A stretch of DNA of 64,000 nt from Macrostomum lignano. Taxonomy: Eukaryota. The notes beneath the pieces are model-generated. The model saw only the letters and a program-made list of their open reading frames with translations. It made no database searches and had not been told where the DNA came from. Below, one piece after another: positions 51,228 to 64,000 of the stretch (position 1 is the stretch's first letter; each line of letters opens with the position of its first letter). The stretch covers positions 1 to 64,000 of the forward strand of contig NIVC01003511.1 in assembly GCA_002269645.1 (NCBI GenBank), written 5' to 3'. Position numbers and translations under genes: made by a program.

Positions 51228-52627
51228 TGTCAATTTTCGCCTCGCCTCTCCTTCATTCCATTGCCTCCTCTTCCTTCTATCCTTCGTCTGTATTCCCTTT
51301 GGCATCTCCTCTCGTTCCTCCTGTGTTCCTCAGTCATGGTCTGGATTCTCGACCCCTTGAGGTAAAAAGTTTCTCGACCCCTGATTGAAACAAAGATGTA
51401 AAGCAGCTACAGTTAAATGTAATCCATCTCATTTTCTCAATGCCTAACTTTATCAGTCTTAATTACCATGCTGAATGCTAACAAATGCATACACAGAATG
51501 ACATTATGAACCCATCATGTCCATTCACCAATTCGTGAAATCGCAAGTCGGTCCCGCCAGACCCATCGGAATCTGCACTGCGCACTCGCGGCAGCACAAA
51601 GTGAGCAACATTGGGCACGGGGCTGCTCATGGATGCAGCTCTGCTGGCAACGTCTTGCAGATGTCGAACTTCGAGTCGCCTGCCCGAAGGCGAGGTCAAG
51701 CGCCAAGTACCTGTGCTGAAATGGGCCAGCGTGGATGGCGGTACCACCTGCGGCAGCTGGTCCTGCTTGGTCAGCGACAGCCGAGCAAGCAGCCCCTGCA
51801 GACTGCTGAGGCTGTCGCTGATGGAGCTGGTGAGTCTGCGGCAAATTTGAGATGTTGGCGAAATGCGACTGGCGATTTTTTGGTCACCGCCTTGAGTTGC
51901 TACCCGGGGTTTTGATGGCTCGGGAGTGTTCGGCTGCCCGTCCGTAGCATTTGCTTCTGTCATGCCAAAGAGATGATTTAAGTGCGAAATATTGCGTCTC
52001 AGATAGAATAATCACATTCTTGTTTTTCATTTTTCATTTGATTTATTGTACATTTAGTTTCATTCAGTGTGAGTTTTATCATCACATGGGTCTTCATTAG
52101 GGGTTTATTATGGTGGTCTTCGACTTTGTTTTATCATTGTTTTTAGGGACTTTTCGGTTGTCATCAGGGCTCTTGGTTATCTGCGTTCAATACGCAATTT
52201 TTAATTCAGAAATGAATGCTCACCAGAACTACTGTTAGTAGCACTTCGATTGCCACTATTGGTCTCAGGCTGGTGCGAATCGATTTCCAACGAAATGGTC
52301 AAAGTTTCAGTAGCCCAGATGCAAAGCAGCAGAGCGACTGAGGCAGCGACCAGCTTTGATGTCGGCATTTGCTGCTTTTTCCCGATGCAAAAGCAATCAA
52401 ATGTCACGACCAACAAATCTTTAGACTTGTAGAATCGATAATATCATCGGTAATTACCTTGAAACATTATCTCTCTGGAGAAGGCTGCACTGCTCATCAA
52501 TATGTCTATGGCCTGAAGCTTGTGGACGCAGCCTAGTGGTGGTCTGGCGCGGCGTTCTGATGTGCCAGCGGCCAGGGCTCGATTCCAAGTGCAGTCATAG
52601 TGGAGTGTGCACGACTAACGATAAATA

Positions 52628-52834
<207 letters not shown>

Positions 52835-52931
52835 CCCTTCTACGGTGCTGCGGGTGCCGGTGGCGGCTTCAGTGGCGGCGGCGGCGGCGGGTCCTGCTGC
52901 TCCGGAAGCGGCTGCAACTTCACTGCTGTTG

Positions 52932-55480
52932 CTTCTTCTTCTTCTTCTTCAGACATGCGCACCGCGATCGACGAGGGTCGGAGCTGAGGACCGCAAGGGG
53001 GGGGGGGGCACGGGGTGCCGAACTGGTGGGTGCGACGACCACACAGGGCCGGGCACGCACAGAGCCAGTGCTCCACGGTTTCAGGTTCCAGGTTGCAGAA
53101 GGGGCAGGAGGAGTCCGCCGACGCGTCAAGTAAGGCGTGGTAAGCGCGGAGCGACCGGCAGTGGCCAGCCCGGAGTTGGGCGAGCAGGCGCTGGTCGGCC
53201 CGGCAGGTGACGGCGGCGCGGTCCTGAGCATGACTAACGAGTTCGTAGGCGGCGGACGTGCGCGGGTGGCTAGGATGGTCAACGATATGGCGCTGACAGG
53301 CAGCCGCGGCCGCGCGGAAGGAAATAGGAGACGAGGGGTCGGCAGGCGACTCCCCTCCTTGGCCAGGTGGTCGGCGAGCTCGTTCCCGGGAATTCCGCAG
53401 TGCCCCGGGATCCACTGAACCACGACGTCCGTGTCAATGCGGGCGAGCGAGGTCAGGGCGCGGCCGATCGAGCGGTTGGAGTTAGACAGGGCCACCACCA
53501 GGCTTTGACTGTCGGTGCAGAAGACGAAACGGCGAATAGAAACAGAATCGGCAGCCCAGGCGAAGGCGGCGACTTCCTCATCGAACGAGGAGGTAGCAGG
53601 GGCGCCGCGGAAGGAAGCCGAGTGCAAGATGGATGGGTGGGCCGGGTCGCTTTGGGTGACAACGAAGGCGTGGCCGCCGGCCGAGACCCCTTTCTGGGCG
53701 AGGCCGTCAGAGTAGATGACCAGGGAGGTGCCTGGAGGGCTGTGCAGGTGGTCACGGACCCGGTCCAAGGCGCGGGCGCGGAAGTCCGAGTCGGAGAGCA
53801 CCAACGCTGGACCGAGGGAGTGGTCGAACACGCGGGTGCGATCAGGCGGTGGAGGAGGAATCACGGCATCGGCAGGGTAGAGCGGAAGGCGGGGGGCCAT
53901 GGTCAACGGAAGACGCTCCAAGAGGCGAGAAGCGGCCTGGCGCCAGCTGGATCTGACCAGGCGGTGCTGTACCGTACCATCCGCGGCACGTCGTCGAGGG
54001 TGATTCGGCGGGAGGCGAAGGGCCTTCTCCCAGGAGCGGGCGAGCAGGCGCAGGCTGTGGGTTCTGTAGCTGGGAACGTCGGCCTCCAGTCTGATGGCGT
54101 CCACCGGGGACGATTGGAGTTGGCCCGTGATGATGCGGAGCGCCCGGTTTTGACAGCGATCGAGGTCATCAATTAGCGGGACTCGCTCAGCCAGGGCTGC
54201 CAGGCGGGGGCAGCATAGTCCAGCACTGAGCGGATCAGCGCGTTGAAGACCAAGCGGAGTTTATCTTTGCGCCAGCCCCAGTCCTGGTTGGCAAGCGCGG
54301 CGAGCACGCGACAGCGGCTGCGGGCCTTCGAAACGAGGTCCCTGACGTGAGGGCCAAAGCTGAGGGTGCGGTCCAGGACGACGCCGAGAAAGCGCGGGTT
54401 GGCGTCAAAGGGCAGAGACGAGCCGTTGAGAAGCAGCTGTGGTTGAAGTGACGCCTCCGCGGTCAAGTTGGAGAAGAGCGACACCACGCTCTTGGACGGA
54501 TTTAGCGTCATCTTCATGCGCGCACTCCACTCAGCAGCAGCGTCGAGTCCAGCCTGGAGGGACTCCGTGGCGGAAGCGACCGACGAGTGCTACGCGCGGA
54601 TGGTGAGGTCGTCGGCGTAGAGTGAGGGGGTGATCGCGGGAGGCATGGTGCGAGCGACGCCATCGATGAAGAGCCGAAAAAGGAACGGGGCGATCACCGA
54701 ACCTTGGGGCAGGCCTTGGCGGAGAGGCAGAGGGTGGCTCAAGGCGCCATTGACGTTGACGCGGGCGGAGCAGTCGCATAGGAAGGCGAAACACCATCTC
54801 ACCAGCGGGGCCGGGGCCTGGAAGTCCAGCATGATGTGGACGAGCATTTGTCTCCACACACGGTCGAACGCTCTACTGTAGTCGAGCAGGGCGACGAGTG
54901 TCCGAAGGTGTGGACGAAGCTGGAAGCCGTCGCTGATGGCTTGGACAAGCTCGAGGACGAGGTCCTTACAGGAGCGGAGGCGGCGGAAGCCAGCTTGGCA
55001 GTGATGGATCCAGCCGTGACTCTCAGCGAGATCGTAAAGCCGGATGAAGATGATCCGCTCAAGGAGTTTGACCACACAGGATGTGAGGCTAACTGGGCGG
55101 AAGCTGTCGACGCGGCAGGCCGGCTTACCGTGCTTGAGCAGCGGGATGATGGTGGCGCGGCGCCAGTGAGCCGGGACGGTCCCGGTCAGAAGCGAGATGA
55201 TGCAAGGCTGAGCGGGGCGGTTAGCGGGCGTAGCCGGATCGGCCGGATCAGCCAGGGGTGGCGGCCGGCCAAGGTGGTGATGCTGGAGTTGGGAGGAGCA
55301 TCGCGGTCAGGATGGAGCGAACAGGTCCAGGAAGGATTCCGGGCGTAACGCGAGGCCCCGGAGCAGGAGCAGTGGCACGCCGAATCGCATCCCGGGACGG
55401 AGCAGTGAAGGTGGCAAGCACCACGGCGGAAAGCTTTGCCGCTTTGCCGCAGCGAAAGCAGACGGTGCATCTGCAGTGCT
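52932..55480 (-). mobile_element. 5'-truncated, frameshifted non-LTR retrotransposon (I/Ingi/Nimb-like) with RT, RNase H, CCHC and (AAG)n tail
   Basis: FRPVSLTSCVVKLLERII, QAGFR, LDYSRAFDRV, GLPQGSVIAP, LYADD, YSDG..CTDSQS..WIPGHCGIPGNELAD, CPFC..ETVEHWLCACP. Confidence 0.93.
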
Positions 55481-56607
55481 CGGTCGCGGCGGAGGCAGGG
55501 TACGGAGCCGGAGCTGCCTGCGGTCTGATGGCGTCCGACGGCCGGTGAAGAAGGCAGAGCCAGTTGCTTTTGGGCTCGGTCCGATTATCCTAAGATTAAA
55601 CAATGAGCGGCAAGTCCGACTGTGTTTTCCTGCGGTGTTAAACCCTTCTCTTGAGATGGTATACTTCCAATCTAAATCACGTAATTCACGTAAATACAAA
55701 GGATGTAAGCTTCTTAAGTACGAAGTATGAAGCAGTCAGAAACGGAATTTATCGATACTTATCAGTACTCTCGGCTGATCTGGTGTTCGAGGCTAAGCCT
55801 GTATTGCTTGTCGATCGGGTGTGAACTGTAGATTTGATTGGTTTGGTTTCTATCAATGTCTAATTATTTTGCCAATGAGTCGGAAGTAGAGGAAATGGAT
55901 AAAGGGTCTGTGAGCTGGCTAGAGTGTAAGAAGTACAAGGGGAGTTCCAAGAGAGGTCTAAGGACTGCTTCGTACTTTCGTGCATTGAAATACAGCGCGA
56001 TGTTAGGCTGCTATTGGTAGCCTGCGTTTAGCGAATCAGCAGATGAAAGTGCATAGATGGAGTTATGTGCTAAAACGCATGCGGTGGAAATGGCTACATT
56101 TCAAATGGGACTACTACTTCCCAACTAAATGGGAACTTTTATGTCCCAAGTTCAATGGAATGCGAAGCTACTGCAAACACTTATTTATGCACATTATGCA
56201 CATCTGGCTATATGCAAAAGACGCACAGAATGGCTGATGCTCGTTCGAACTCATTTTTGTGCAGATGAAGCAACAAGCCGCACCACCCAGCCTCCAGGTG
56301 AGCAGATTGCTCAGCTGTCCACAGACTTCTCTGCGTCTTTCCGAGCTCGAGTCTCCCCCGTTGCCATGGCAACTGGAGCAGCTCTGCAGCGTCTGTGCAG
56401 TTAAGGGCTCTGCACATCTCCTGCTCACTGCGTGAGGGGCCGAGCCGTGAGGCAGCCTCAGACCTCATGACACTCTGCAAGCCCTTTGAAAACAATGGCC
56501 AGCTTCATTGCATGCCTGCTTCATCAGCTCTGACTTCCCCACACTGTTGTGTGCATTGCACTGAGTGGGGCTCAGAAATGATGCTGCGAAATATTGAAAT
56601 ATGAAAT

Positions 56608-56954
56608 GGGACACAGCGGGTCACGGCAAGTCAGGACACAGCGGGTCACGGCTAGTCAGGACACAGTGGGTCACGGCAAGTCAGGACACAGCGGGTCACG
56701 GCAAGTCAGGACACAGCGGGTCACGGCAAGTCAGGACACAGCGGGTCACGGCAAGTCAGGACACAGCGGGTCACGGCAAGTCAGGACACAGCGGGTCACG
56801 GCAAGTCAGGACACAGCGGGTCACGGCAAGCCAAACGGTGTCTCTATTATTTAACTGAAAACTCTTGAGTAAGCACTGGGTTTCCTGCTCCAACAGTTGC
56901 TAATAAAAAGTTAGTCCAAAAATCAAATACAAAAATCAGTGCCGGAAAAGCGCC
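56608..56954. repeat. 25-bp minisatellite plus ~130-bp flank; dispersed repeat copy 2
   Basis: Same unit and flank (ctcttgagtaagcactggg..ttcctgctccaacagttgcta) as 42228-42558. Confidence 0.92.
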
Positions 56955-58999
56955 AAACCTGTGGCTGAAAATGTGAAAAATTCTCGGCAACAGAAAATCT
57001 GGTGCAATATTTGATATATTGCGGTACGGCAAATACATGTAGTTTAGGCCCTAAACAAACCTATTATTGGAGCATGTAGAGATTTTAAAGCTTATAGTCC
57101 TATTTGCCTATCGCCGGTCGGCGAGTTCTACCAGACTTTCTCCAATAGTTGCAGGTACGGTACAAGTATATAACGAACGTGATTTAAGCTGTTCCAGGCA
57201 GATTTAGAGAGTGATAATCCTAATTAATAATGACTGATAGACTTGACGCTTTTATTATTTGATCCAAATTACACAATTCTTAATAACGCAACTCGCAACG
57301 CAATTAATATTTGAGCACTGATAATAATAATAACGATATAATTAGATAACGCAGATTGGTGAGCGGATTTCAGCTCTGAAGAACGGAAGAAGAGAGGACC
57401 GACACAGGACCACGGAGAAAGATCCCTAACCACTGGCCTAATTCCCAGAACCTACTCTCAGGCGAGGACCCTGACGGATTGACAGTTCAGCGGAGCTCTG
57501 GCTAAGTCCTACCAGCTCTGCCCTTCAGTGCAACACTGAGGCCCTCGGGGTCGAGGCCACGCTCTCTGGACAAGGTTATCGCGAGCGTTTCACTGGAAAG
57601 GCTATTGTGGTTGGGCGGGGAGCAAAGCAAAGCAAAGACCGGGGGTCGATTCAAATCGAGCGCCTCAAAGCGCAAAGGTAGAATGGCCGGGAACGGGACA
57701 AACGAGAAGAGAAAACGAGAGTGAGATCTCTGAGATCCGACCGCCAAAAACACACTTTCATATATATAGTCACTTCCAAACCCTTCAAACCCCTCCTCAC
57801 GCCGGGTGGTGGGTGTCTGGCCGGCCACTCGTTAAGCCGACTCACATTGGACCCGCGGCGCTCTCTCAGGCTAGAATGATCGTGATTGGCTGGCCGCGCA
57901 AAGCCGGGGTACACTGCAAACCGTTGACCCTCCGCTGAGTCACTCTTGACTGGAAATTTGCGTCTAGCTTTCTGACCTGTTTACACTAAAAATAAACTCT
58001 AACTAACAAAAAGTCAAAATAGAAACGTGAAATCTTTTTAAATAAACTCTGATAGCTTAAGCCTTGTAAAAGCTTTTGAGAGGTTTAGTATCCAATACAA
58101 GCATTCAAGCAAGCAAGCATACAAACCTTAGAGATTTAGTATAGGTAGATTGCAACGTTCCATTACTTTGTTTAGAAGCTTCCGTCATGGCGCACAAGTC
58201 AGACGCATTTTCCGCCGAGTTGCTCTGTCCCCAAGCTTCCATCATAGAAAACCGCCACCTTTAGAGCGTTGGCAGATCGATTGACTTCAGCTCACTACAC
58301 TGCAAATGGCACAAGGTCCTGCTTACTTTATAAAATGTAATCAAGCTTCGATGAATCCACTTTAGTTACCTAGGGATGTTAAATAATGGAAGTTTATTAG
58401 ATTCGCACAAAAATCTTTTTAAGCCACGTGTTAATTACCAAAAAGTAAGACTAGGGAGCCGTTGTGTTATCACATAAGTTTAATTAGAAGCAGCAATTAT
58501 TAAGGAGTATAATTTCGAACAACAAATCAGTCACTTGTCTTCGGTTTCAAATTCGGATTTCGGACCAGCCGCAGTTCCCTGGTCACTCGGACGCCGTGCC
58601 AGGCCGAACCGTACGCCAGCTGCTGCTCTTCGACGCGTCGTCGGACGGCCGATGATCCGAACGTCTGCCGATTGATGAGCAACGAGAACAGCAGCAGGGC
58701 CAGGACAAATGTTGTTAGAATTGTTGAGGCCGAGATTAAATTCCATTTATTGTGAATTAATGCTAGCGGGTTTTCAGTTTTTGTACCAGCAATTCTAACC
58801 ATTGCTTGGTTATTGATTGATCGATGCAGCTCAGTGTGCTGAAGTATAAAACGTACGTCGTAAAGGAACTTCAGAATGTCAGTCTTCTCTTGAACTTTCC
58901 TATTGTGTTTTTACCATAGACTATTTGAAAAGAGAATTAAGATGGTTTAAAGTCATTTTACATTCCGGATTAAAGTTGTTTTGGTCAAGGAGGGTCATT

Positions 59000-60358
59000 G
59001 TGGACTCATAAGCGTGATTGTAGAGTCAGGAGTGTCATTGTGGAGTCAAGAGTGTCATTGTGGAGTTAGGAGTGTTATTGTGGAGTCAGGAGTGTCATAT
59101 TGGAGTCAGGAGTGTCATTGTGGAGTCAGGAGTGTTATTGTGAAGTCAGAAGTGTCATTGTGGAGTCAGAAGTGTCATTGTGGAGTCAGGAGTGTCATTG
59201 TGGAGTCAGGAGTGTCATTGTGGAGTCAGGAGTGTCATTGTGGAGTCAGGAGTGTCATTGCGGAGTCAGGAGTGTCATTGTGGAGTCAGGAGTGTCATTG
59301 TGGAGTCAGGAGTGTCATTGTGGAGTTAGGAGTGTCATTGTGGAGTCAGGAGTGTCATTTTGGAGTCAAGAGTGTCATTGAGGAGTCAGAAGTGTCATTG
59401 TAGAGTCAGAAGTGTCATAGCGGAGTCAGAAGTGTCATTGTGAAGTCAGGAGTGTCATTGTGGAATCAGGAGTGTCATTGTGGAGTCAGGAGTGTCATTG
59501 TGAAGTCGGGAGTGTCATTGCGGAGTCAGAAGTGTCATTGTGGAGTCAGAAGTGTCATTGCGGAGTCAGAGGTGTCATTGCGGAGTCAGGAGTGTCATTG
59601 TGGAGTCAGGAGTGTCATTGTGGAGTCAGGAGTGTCATTGTGGAGTCAGGAGTGTCATTGTGGAGTCAGGAGTGTCATTGTGGAGTCAGGAGTGTCATTG
59701 TGGAGTCAGGAGTGTCATTGTGGAGTCAGGAGTGTCATTGTGGAGTCAGGAGTGTCATTGTGGAGTCAGGAGTGTCATTGTGGAGTCAGGAGTATCATTG
59801 TGGAGTCAGGAGTGTCATTGTGGAGTCAGGAGTGTCATTGTGGAGTCAGGAGTGTCATTGTGGAGTCAGGAGTGTCATTGTAGAGTCAGGAGTATCATTG
59901 TGGAGTCAGGAGTGTCATTGTGGAGTCAGGAGTGTCATTGTGGAGTTAGGAGTGTCATTGAGGACTCAGGAGTGTTTTTTTGGAGTCAGAAGTGTCATTG
60001 TGGAGTCAGGAGTGTCATTGTGGAGTCAGGAGTGTCATTGTGGAGTCAGGAGTGTCATTGCGGAGTCAGGAGTGTCATTGTGGAGTCAGAGGTGTCATTG
60101 TGGAGTCAGGAGTGTCATTGTGGAATCAGGAGTGTCATTGTGGAGTCAGGAGTGTCATTGTGGAGTCAGGAGTGTCATTGTGGAGTCAGGAGTGTCATTG
60201 TGGAGTCAGGAGTGTCATTGTGGAGTCAGGAGTGTCATTGTGGAGTCAGGAGTGTCATTGTGGAGTCAGGAGTGTCATTGTAGAGTCAGGAGTGTCATTG
60301 TGGAGTCAGGAGTGTCATTGTGGAGTCAGGAGTGTCATTGAGGAGTCAGATCTGTCAT
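59000..60358. repeat. 20-bp satellite (gtgtcattgtggagtcagga), ~67 copies
   Basis: Direct observation. Confidence 0.98.
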
Positions 60359-61202
60359 TGTACGGTGGAATATCATCGTGGGCTTCAACTCAAGGGGGAG
60401 GTGCTAATTGCAAGCTCAAAGTGGTTGGCAAATGGCTCTAAGCAAAATTTATTGATTTTTCATTCATATACTGATTTTACTAACGACGAGAATATTGGCA
60501 ATATATTAAATGATTGACAGAAAATACTAAATTTTGTAATCTAACCAATATCCAGTCTTTAACTTGTCATGACATGTATTTGCAAGTCCTAGAAAACAAC
60601 TCAAAGGTCGTTTCGGACCTAGAAAACAGGTTGTTGCTAAAGATCTGCGAGCATACGACGTATCAGGCAGTTCATTTCTATCGGAAATTTTCTAGACATT
60701 AATAGCAGCATTTCAACGAATGGTCACGCAATGGAAATGTACAGCCGCATTTTATTGGGTTTTACCCAGTAATTTGCCACCCGAACCTGCCTCTCTCTCT
60801 CTATCTTAAGTCTCTTCAAGCGAAAAACTTGTCTGTCCAAACACCCCCTTTTGCATACACACAGCTGAACTACCAAATTAGCCCCTTAGCCCCTCAACCC
60901 TACCCCCCCGCTGAGCGCGAGCAGTCACGTGATGTTCTAAAACAACACCGTACTTGCCTAGGCATAGCCAGACAGAGCTACAGGGGTATGACAAGTTAAA
61001 CAAAATATATCAATGTATTTCTCGGTCCTGCCCGCCCCTCTCTCGGCACACAAAATGTAGCTCTTCACTTTAAATAGTTTAAGAGTTGAAGTTTTGCTAG
61101 CTTTTTGCGTGCATTTTGTGCAGTCTTTTTTCTGTTAGAGCTCTTCATAAGGCTTGAGTCTCAAAACAGCGCGAAAGTACCTGTTGCTCTCTGTTGAGTA
61201 AA

Positions 61203-63690
61203 ATGAACCGATACCAGAACGTGTCACCGGAACAAGTCGAAAGCAATCGTCAGCCGCAAGGAGCTGATCAATCAGCTTTCGCGGCATTCGCGTCCTGCTT
61301 CCGCTGCGGTCAAAGTCACTCCTCCGCGGGCAGTTGCAGCAGCGGCAGCAACAGTCCGCCATCGGCCGCAGCTGCCGATGGGTCAACAGATCGACACCGA
61401 ACTCGAGCAGAGTCGCGTCGGGAGATTCGTCGATTGCGTACTCGACTGTTTGAGTTTATTAACAGCAAACAGCAGCCGAGAAACTACAGTCTGATGATCA
61501 GGTACCTGCTGCACTGGCAGGTCAGCGTGTACAGTCTGGTTTGGACTGACGTCCTGCTGTGGATCGGTCTGTACACCGTGGTCAACGTGCTGTACAGACA
61601 CGCGCTCGACCCGAATCAACAAGCAACATTTGTAAGGATTGTACATTCAGTTGGAGTCTGGCAGTCTAATGTGCCCGTTACGTTTCTGCTTGGTTTCTAC
61701 GTCAGCACCGTGGTTGATCGCTGGTGGAAGGCCTACCTGGTTAGTATGGATTTATGTACCTTTAAAGGCATGGAATGTTTTTGTAACTAAATGATTTTAA
61801 GATGGGATTATTGGGTGCATATCTAATTGATCATGGATTGGATTATTGGGTGTCTAATTGATCATAAATTGGATTATTGAGTGTCTAATTGATCATGGAT
61901 GGGATTATTGGGTGTCTAATTGATCATAAATTGGATTATTGAGTGTCTTATTGATCATGGATTGGATGACTAATTGATTATGGATTGGATGACTAATTGA
62001 TCATGGATTGGACTGTTGGCTGTTTAATTGATCATGGATTGGACTGTTGGGTGTCTAATTCATCATGGATTGGACTGTTGGGTGTTTAATTCATCATGGA
62101 TTGGACTGTTGGGTGTTTAATTGATCATGGATTGGACTGTTGGGTGTTTAATTGATCATGGATTGGACTATTGGGTGTTTAATTGATCATGGATTGGACT
62201 GTTGGGTGTTTAATTCATCTTGGATTGGACTATTGGGTGTTTAATTCATCATGGATTGGACTGTTGGGTGTTTAATTGATCATGCATTGGACTGTTGGGT
62301 GTTTAATTGATCATGGATTGGACTGTTGGGTGTTTAATTGATCATGGATTGGACTGTTGGGTGTTTAATTGATCATGCATTGGACTGTTGGGTGTTTAAT
62401 TGATCATGGATTGGACTGTTGGGTGTTTAATTCATCATGGATTGGACTATTGGGTGTTTAATTGATCATGGATTGGACTGTTGGGTGTTTAATTCATCTT
62501 GGATTGGACTATTGGGTGTTTAATTCATCATGGATTGGACTGTTGGGTGTGTAATTGATCATGCATTGGACTGTTGGGTGTTTAATTCATCATGGATTGG
62601 ACTGTTGGGTGTTTAATTGATCATGGATTGGACTGTTGGGTGTTTAATTGATCATGGATTGGACTATTGGGTGTTTAATTGATCATGGATTGGACTGTTG
62701 GGTGTTTAATTGATCATGGATTGGACTGTTGGGTGTTTAATTGATCATGGATTGGACTGTTGGGTGTTTAATTGATCATGGATTGGACTATTGGGTGTTT
62801 AATTGATCATGGATTGGACTGTTGGGTGTTTAATTGATCATGGATTGGACTATTGGGTGTTTAATTGATCATGGATTGGACTGTTGGGTGTTTAATTGAT
62901 CATGGATTGGACTGTTGGGTGTTTAATTGATCATGGATTGGACTGTTGGGTGTCTTATTGATCATGGATTGGACTGTTGGGTGTCTAATTGATCATGGAT
63001 TGGACTGTTGGGTGTCTAATTGATCATGGATTGGACTGTTGGGTGTCTAATTGATCATGGATTGGACTGTTGGGTGTCTAATTGATCATGGATTGGACTG
63101 TTGGGTGTCTAATTGATCATGGATTGGACTGTTGGGTGTTTAATTAATCATGGATTGGACTGTTGGGTGTTTAATTGATCATGGATTGGACTGTTGGGTG
63201 TCTTATTGATCATGGATTGGACTGTTGGGTGTCTAATTGATCATGGATTGGACTGTTGGGTGTTTAATTAATCATGGATAGGACTGTTGGGTGTCTAATT
63301 GATCATGGATTGGACTGTTGGGTGTCTAATTGATCATGGATTGGACTGTTGGGTGTTTAATTAATCATGGATTGGACTGTTGGGTGTTTAATTGATCATG
63401 GATTGGAATATTGATTTCAATTCAGTTGTACCTGCAATAACCATGAGCCCACCCGGCAATGCTACAGGACATTCCAACGATGTCAACGCCCGCCCTGAGA
63501 ATCGAGTCTGCCGTGTTTAACAATCAGGATCCGAACAAAGCTGAGCGCATCCGCTTGACACTGTCCCGTTACATGAACCTGGCATGGCTGCTCTACATGT
63601 GGAAAATTAGCGAGAAAATTAAGCAGAGATTTCGAATTTTGAAAAGTCTGATTGGCGAGAAAAATCGATACCCAGATAAGCGAACTGTTG
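61203..63690 (+). CDS. Bestrophin-family anion channel, 5' part: exons 61203-61739 and 63468-63690; continues beyond the window
   Basis: LLHWQVSVY..., PVTFLLGFYVSTVVDRWW, spliced KAYL|DIPT, RIRLTLSRYMNLA..ISEKIKQRF match the bestrophin N-terminal half. Confidence 0.92.
61830..63410. repeat. 31-bp satellite (ggattggactgttgggtgtttaattgatcat), ~50 copies, filling the bestrophin intron
   Basis: Period 31 (62041 vs 62072). Confidence 0.97.
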
Positions 63691-63764
63691 GTGAGTGATT
63701 AGAGAGGCCGTGGCTTTAATTTGATTCCGATAGTGAGGTACGATTTAAAGTGGGAGAATCTCTG

Positions 63765-63930
63765 TCCTGAAGTGGAATTATCCGTCCTGAAGTGGGATTA
63801 TCTGTCCTGAAGTGGGATTATCTGTCCTGAAGTGAAATTATCTGTCCTGAAGTGGGATTATCTGTCCTGAAGTGGAATTATCTGTCCTAAAGTGGGATTA
63901 TCTGTCCTGAAGTGGGATTATCTGTCCTAA
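63765..63930. repeat. 20-bp minisatellite (tatctgtcctgaagtgggat) in the next bestrophin intron
   Basis: Tandem copies. Confidence 0.93.
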
Positions 63931-64000
63931 AGTTGCACTGTCGGTATTGAAGGCTTCTATGTCAATAATCTAGTTTCGCTATCCTAGAAACGGTCGAGCT

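Noticed and set aside
55600-57950. Possible LTR or Penelope-like remnants
   Set aside because: No terminal repeats, primer-binding site or recognisable protein motifs could be confirmed
60520-60720. Penelope GIY-YIG endonuclease fragment (RLLLKICEH)
   Set aside because: Only a weak R....I.EH resemblance with no GIY/YIG motif; insufficient support

Overview
Repeat-rich, intron-containing metazoan genomic DNA; the composition and repeat style suggest a flatworm such as Macrostomum, but that is inference only. Host genes: YJU2B/CCDC130 and NOC4L (minus strand, both with 1-bp frameshifts that look like assembly errors), three paralogous ankyrin-repeat + protein kinase genes (A and B splice into intact 875- and 699-aa models, C is frameshifted), the 5' part of a bestrophin, and a degraded PCIF1/CAPAM-like methyltransferase domain. 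Mobile DNA: nested hAT-type MITEs, a full-length 6.1-kb EnSpm/CACTA element, Merlin and Polinton remnants, several RNase H-bearing non-LTR retrotransposons and many minisatellites. The most unusual signal is a pair of ~280-bp TIR/TSD-bounded insertions (9072-9348 and 18595-18873). Their arms are unrelated, yet both carry the same 111-bp core exactly 104 bp from the right end. The core holds a 64-nt copy of the 28S rRNA H69-H71 segment (the R2/I-PpoI target) in which mainly the 8 nt at the cleavage site are scrambled, plus a joined acceptor/donor splice motif on the minus strand. All coordinates and identities were counted by eye; no searches were run.
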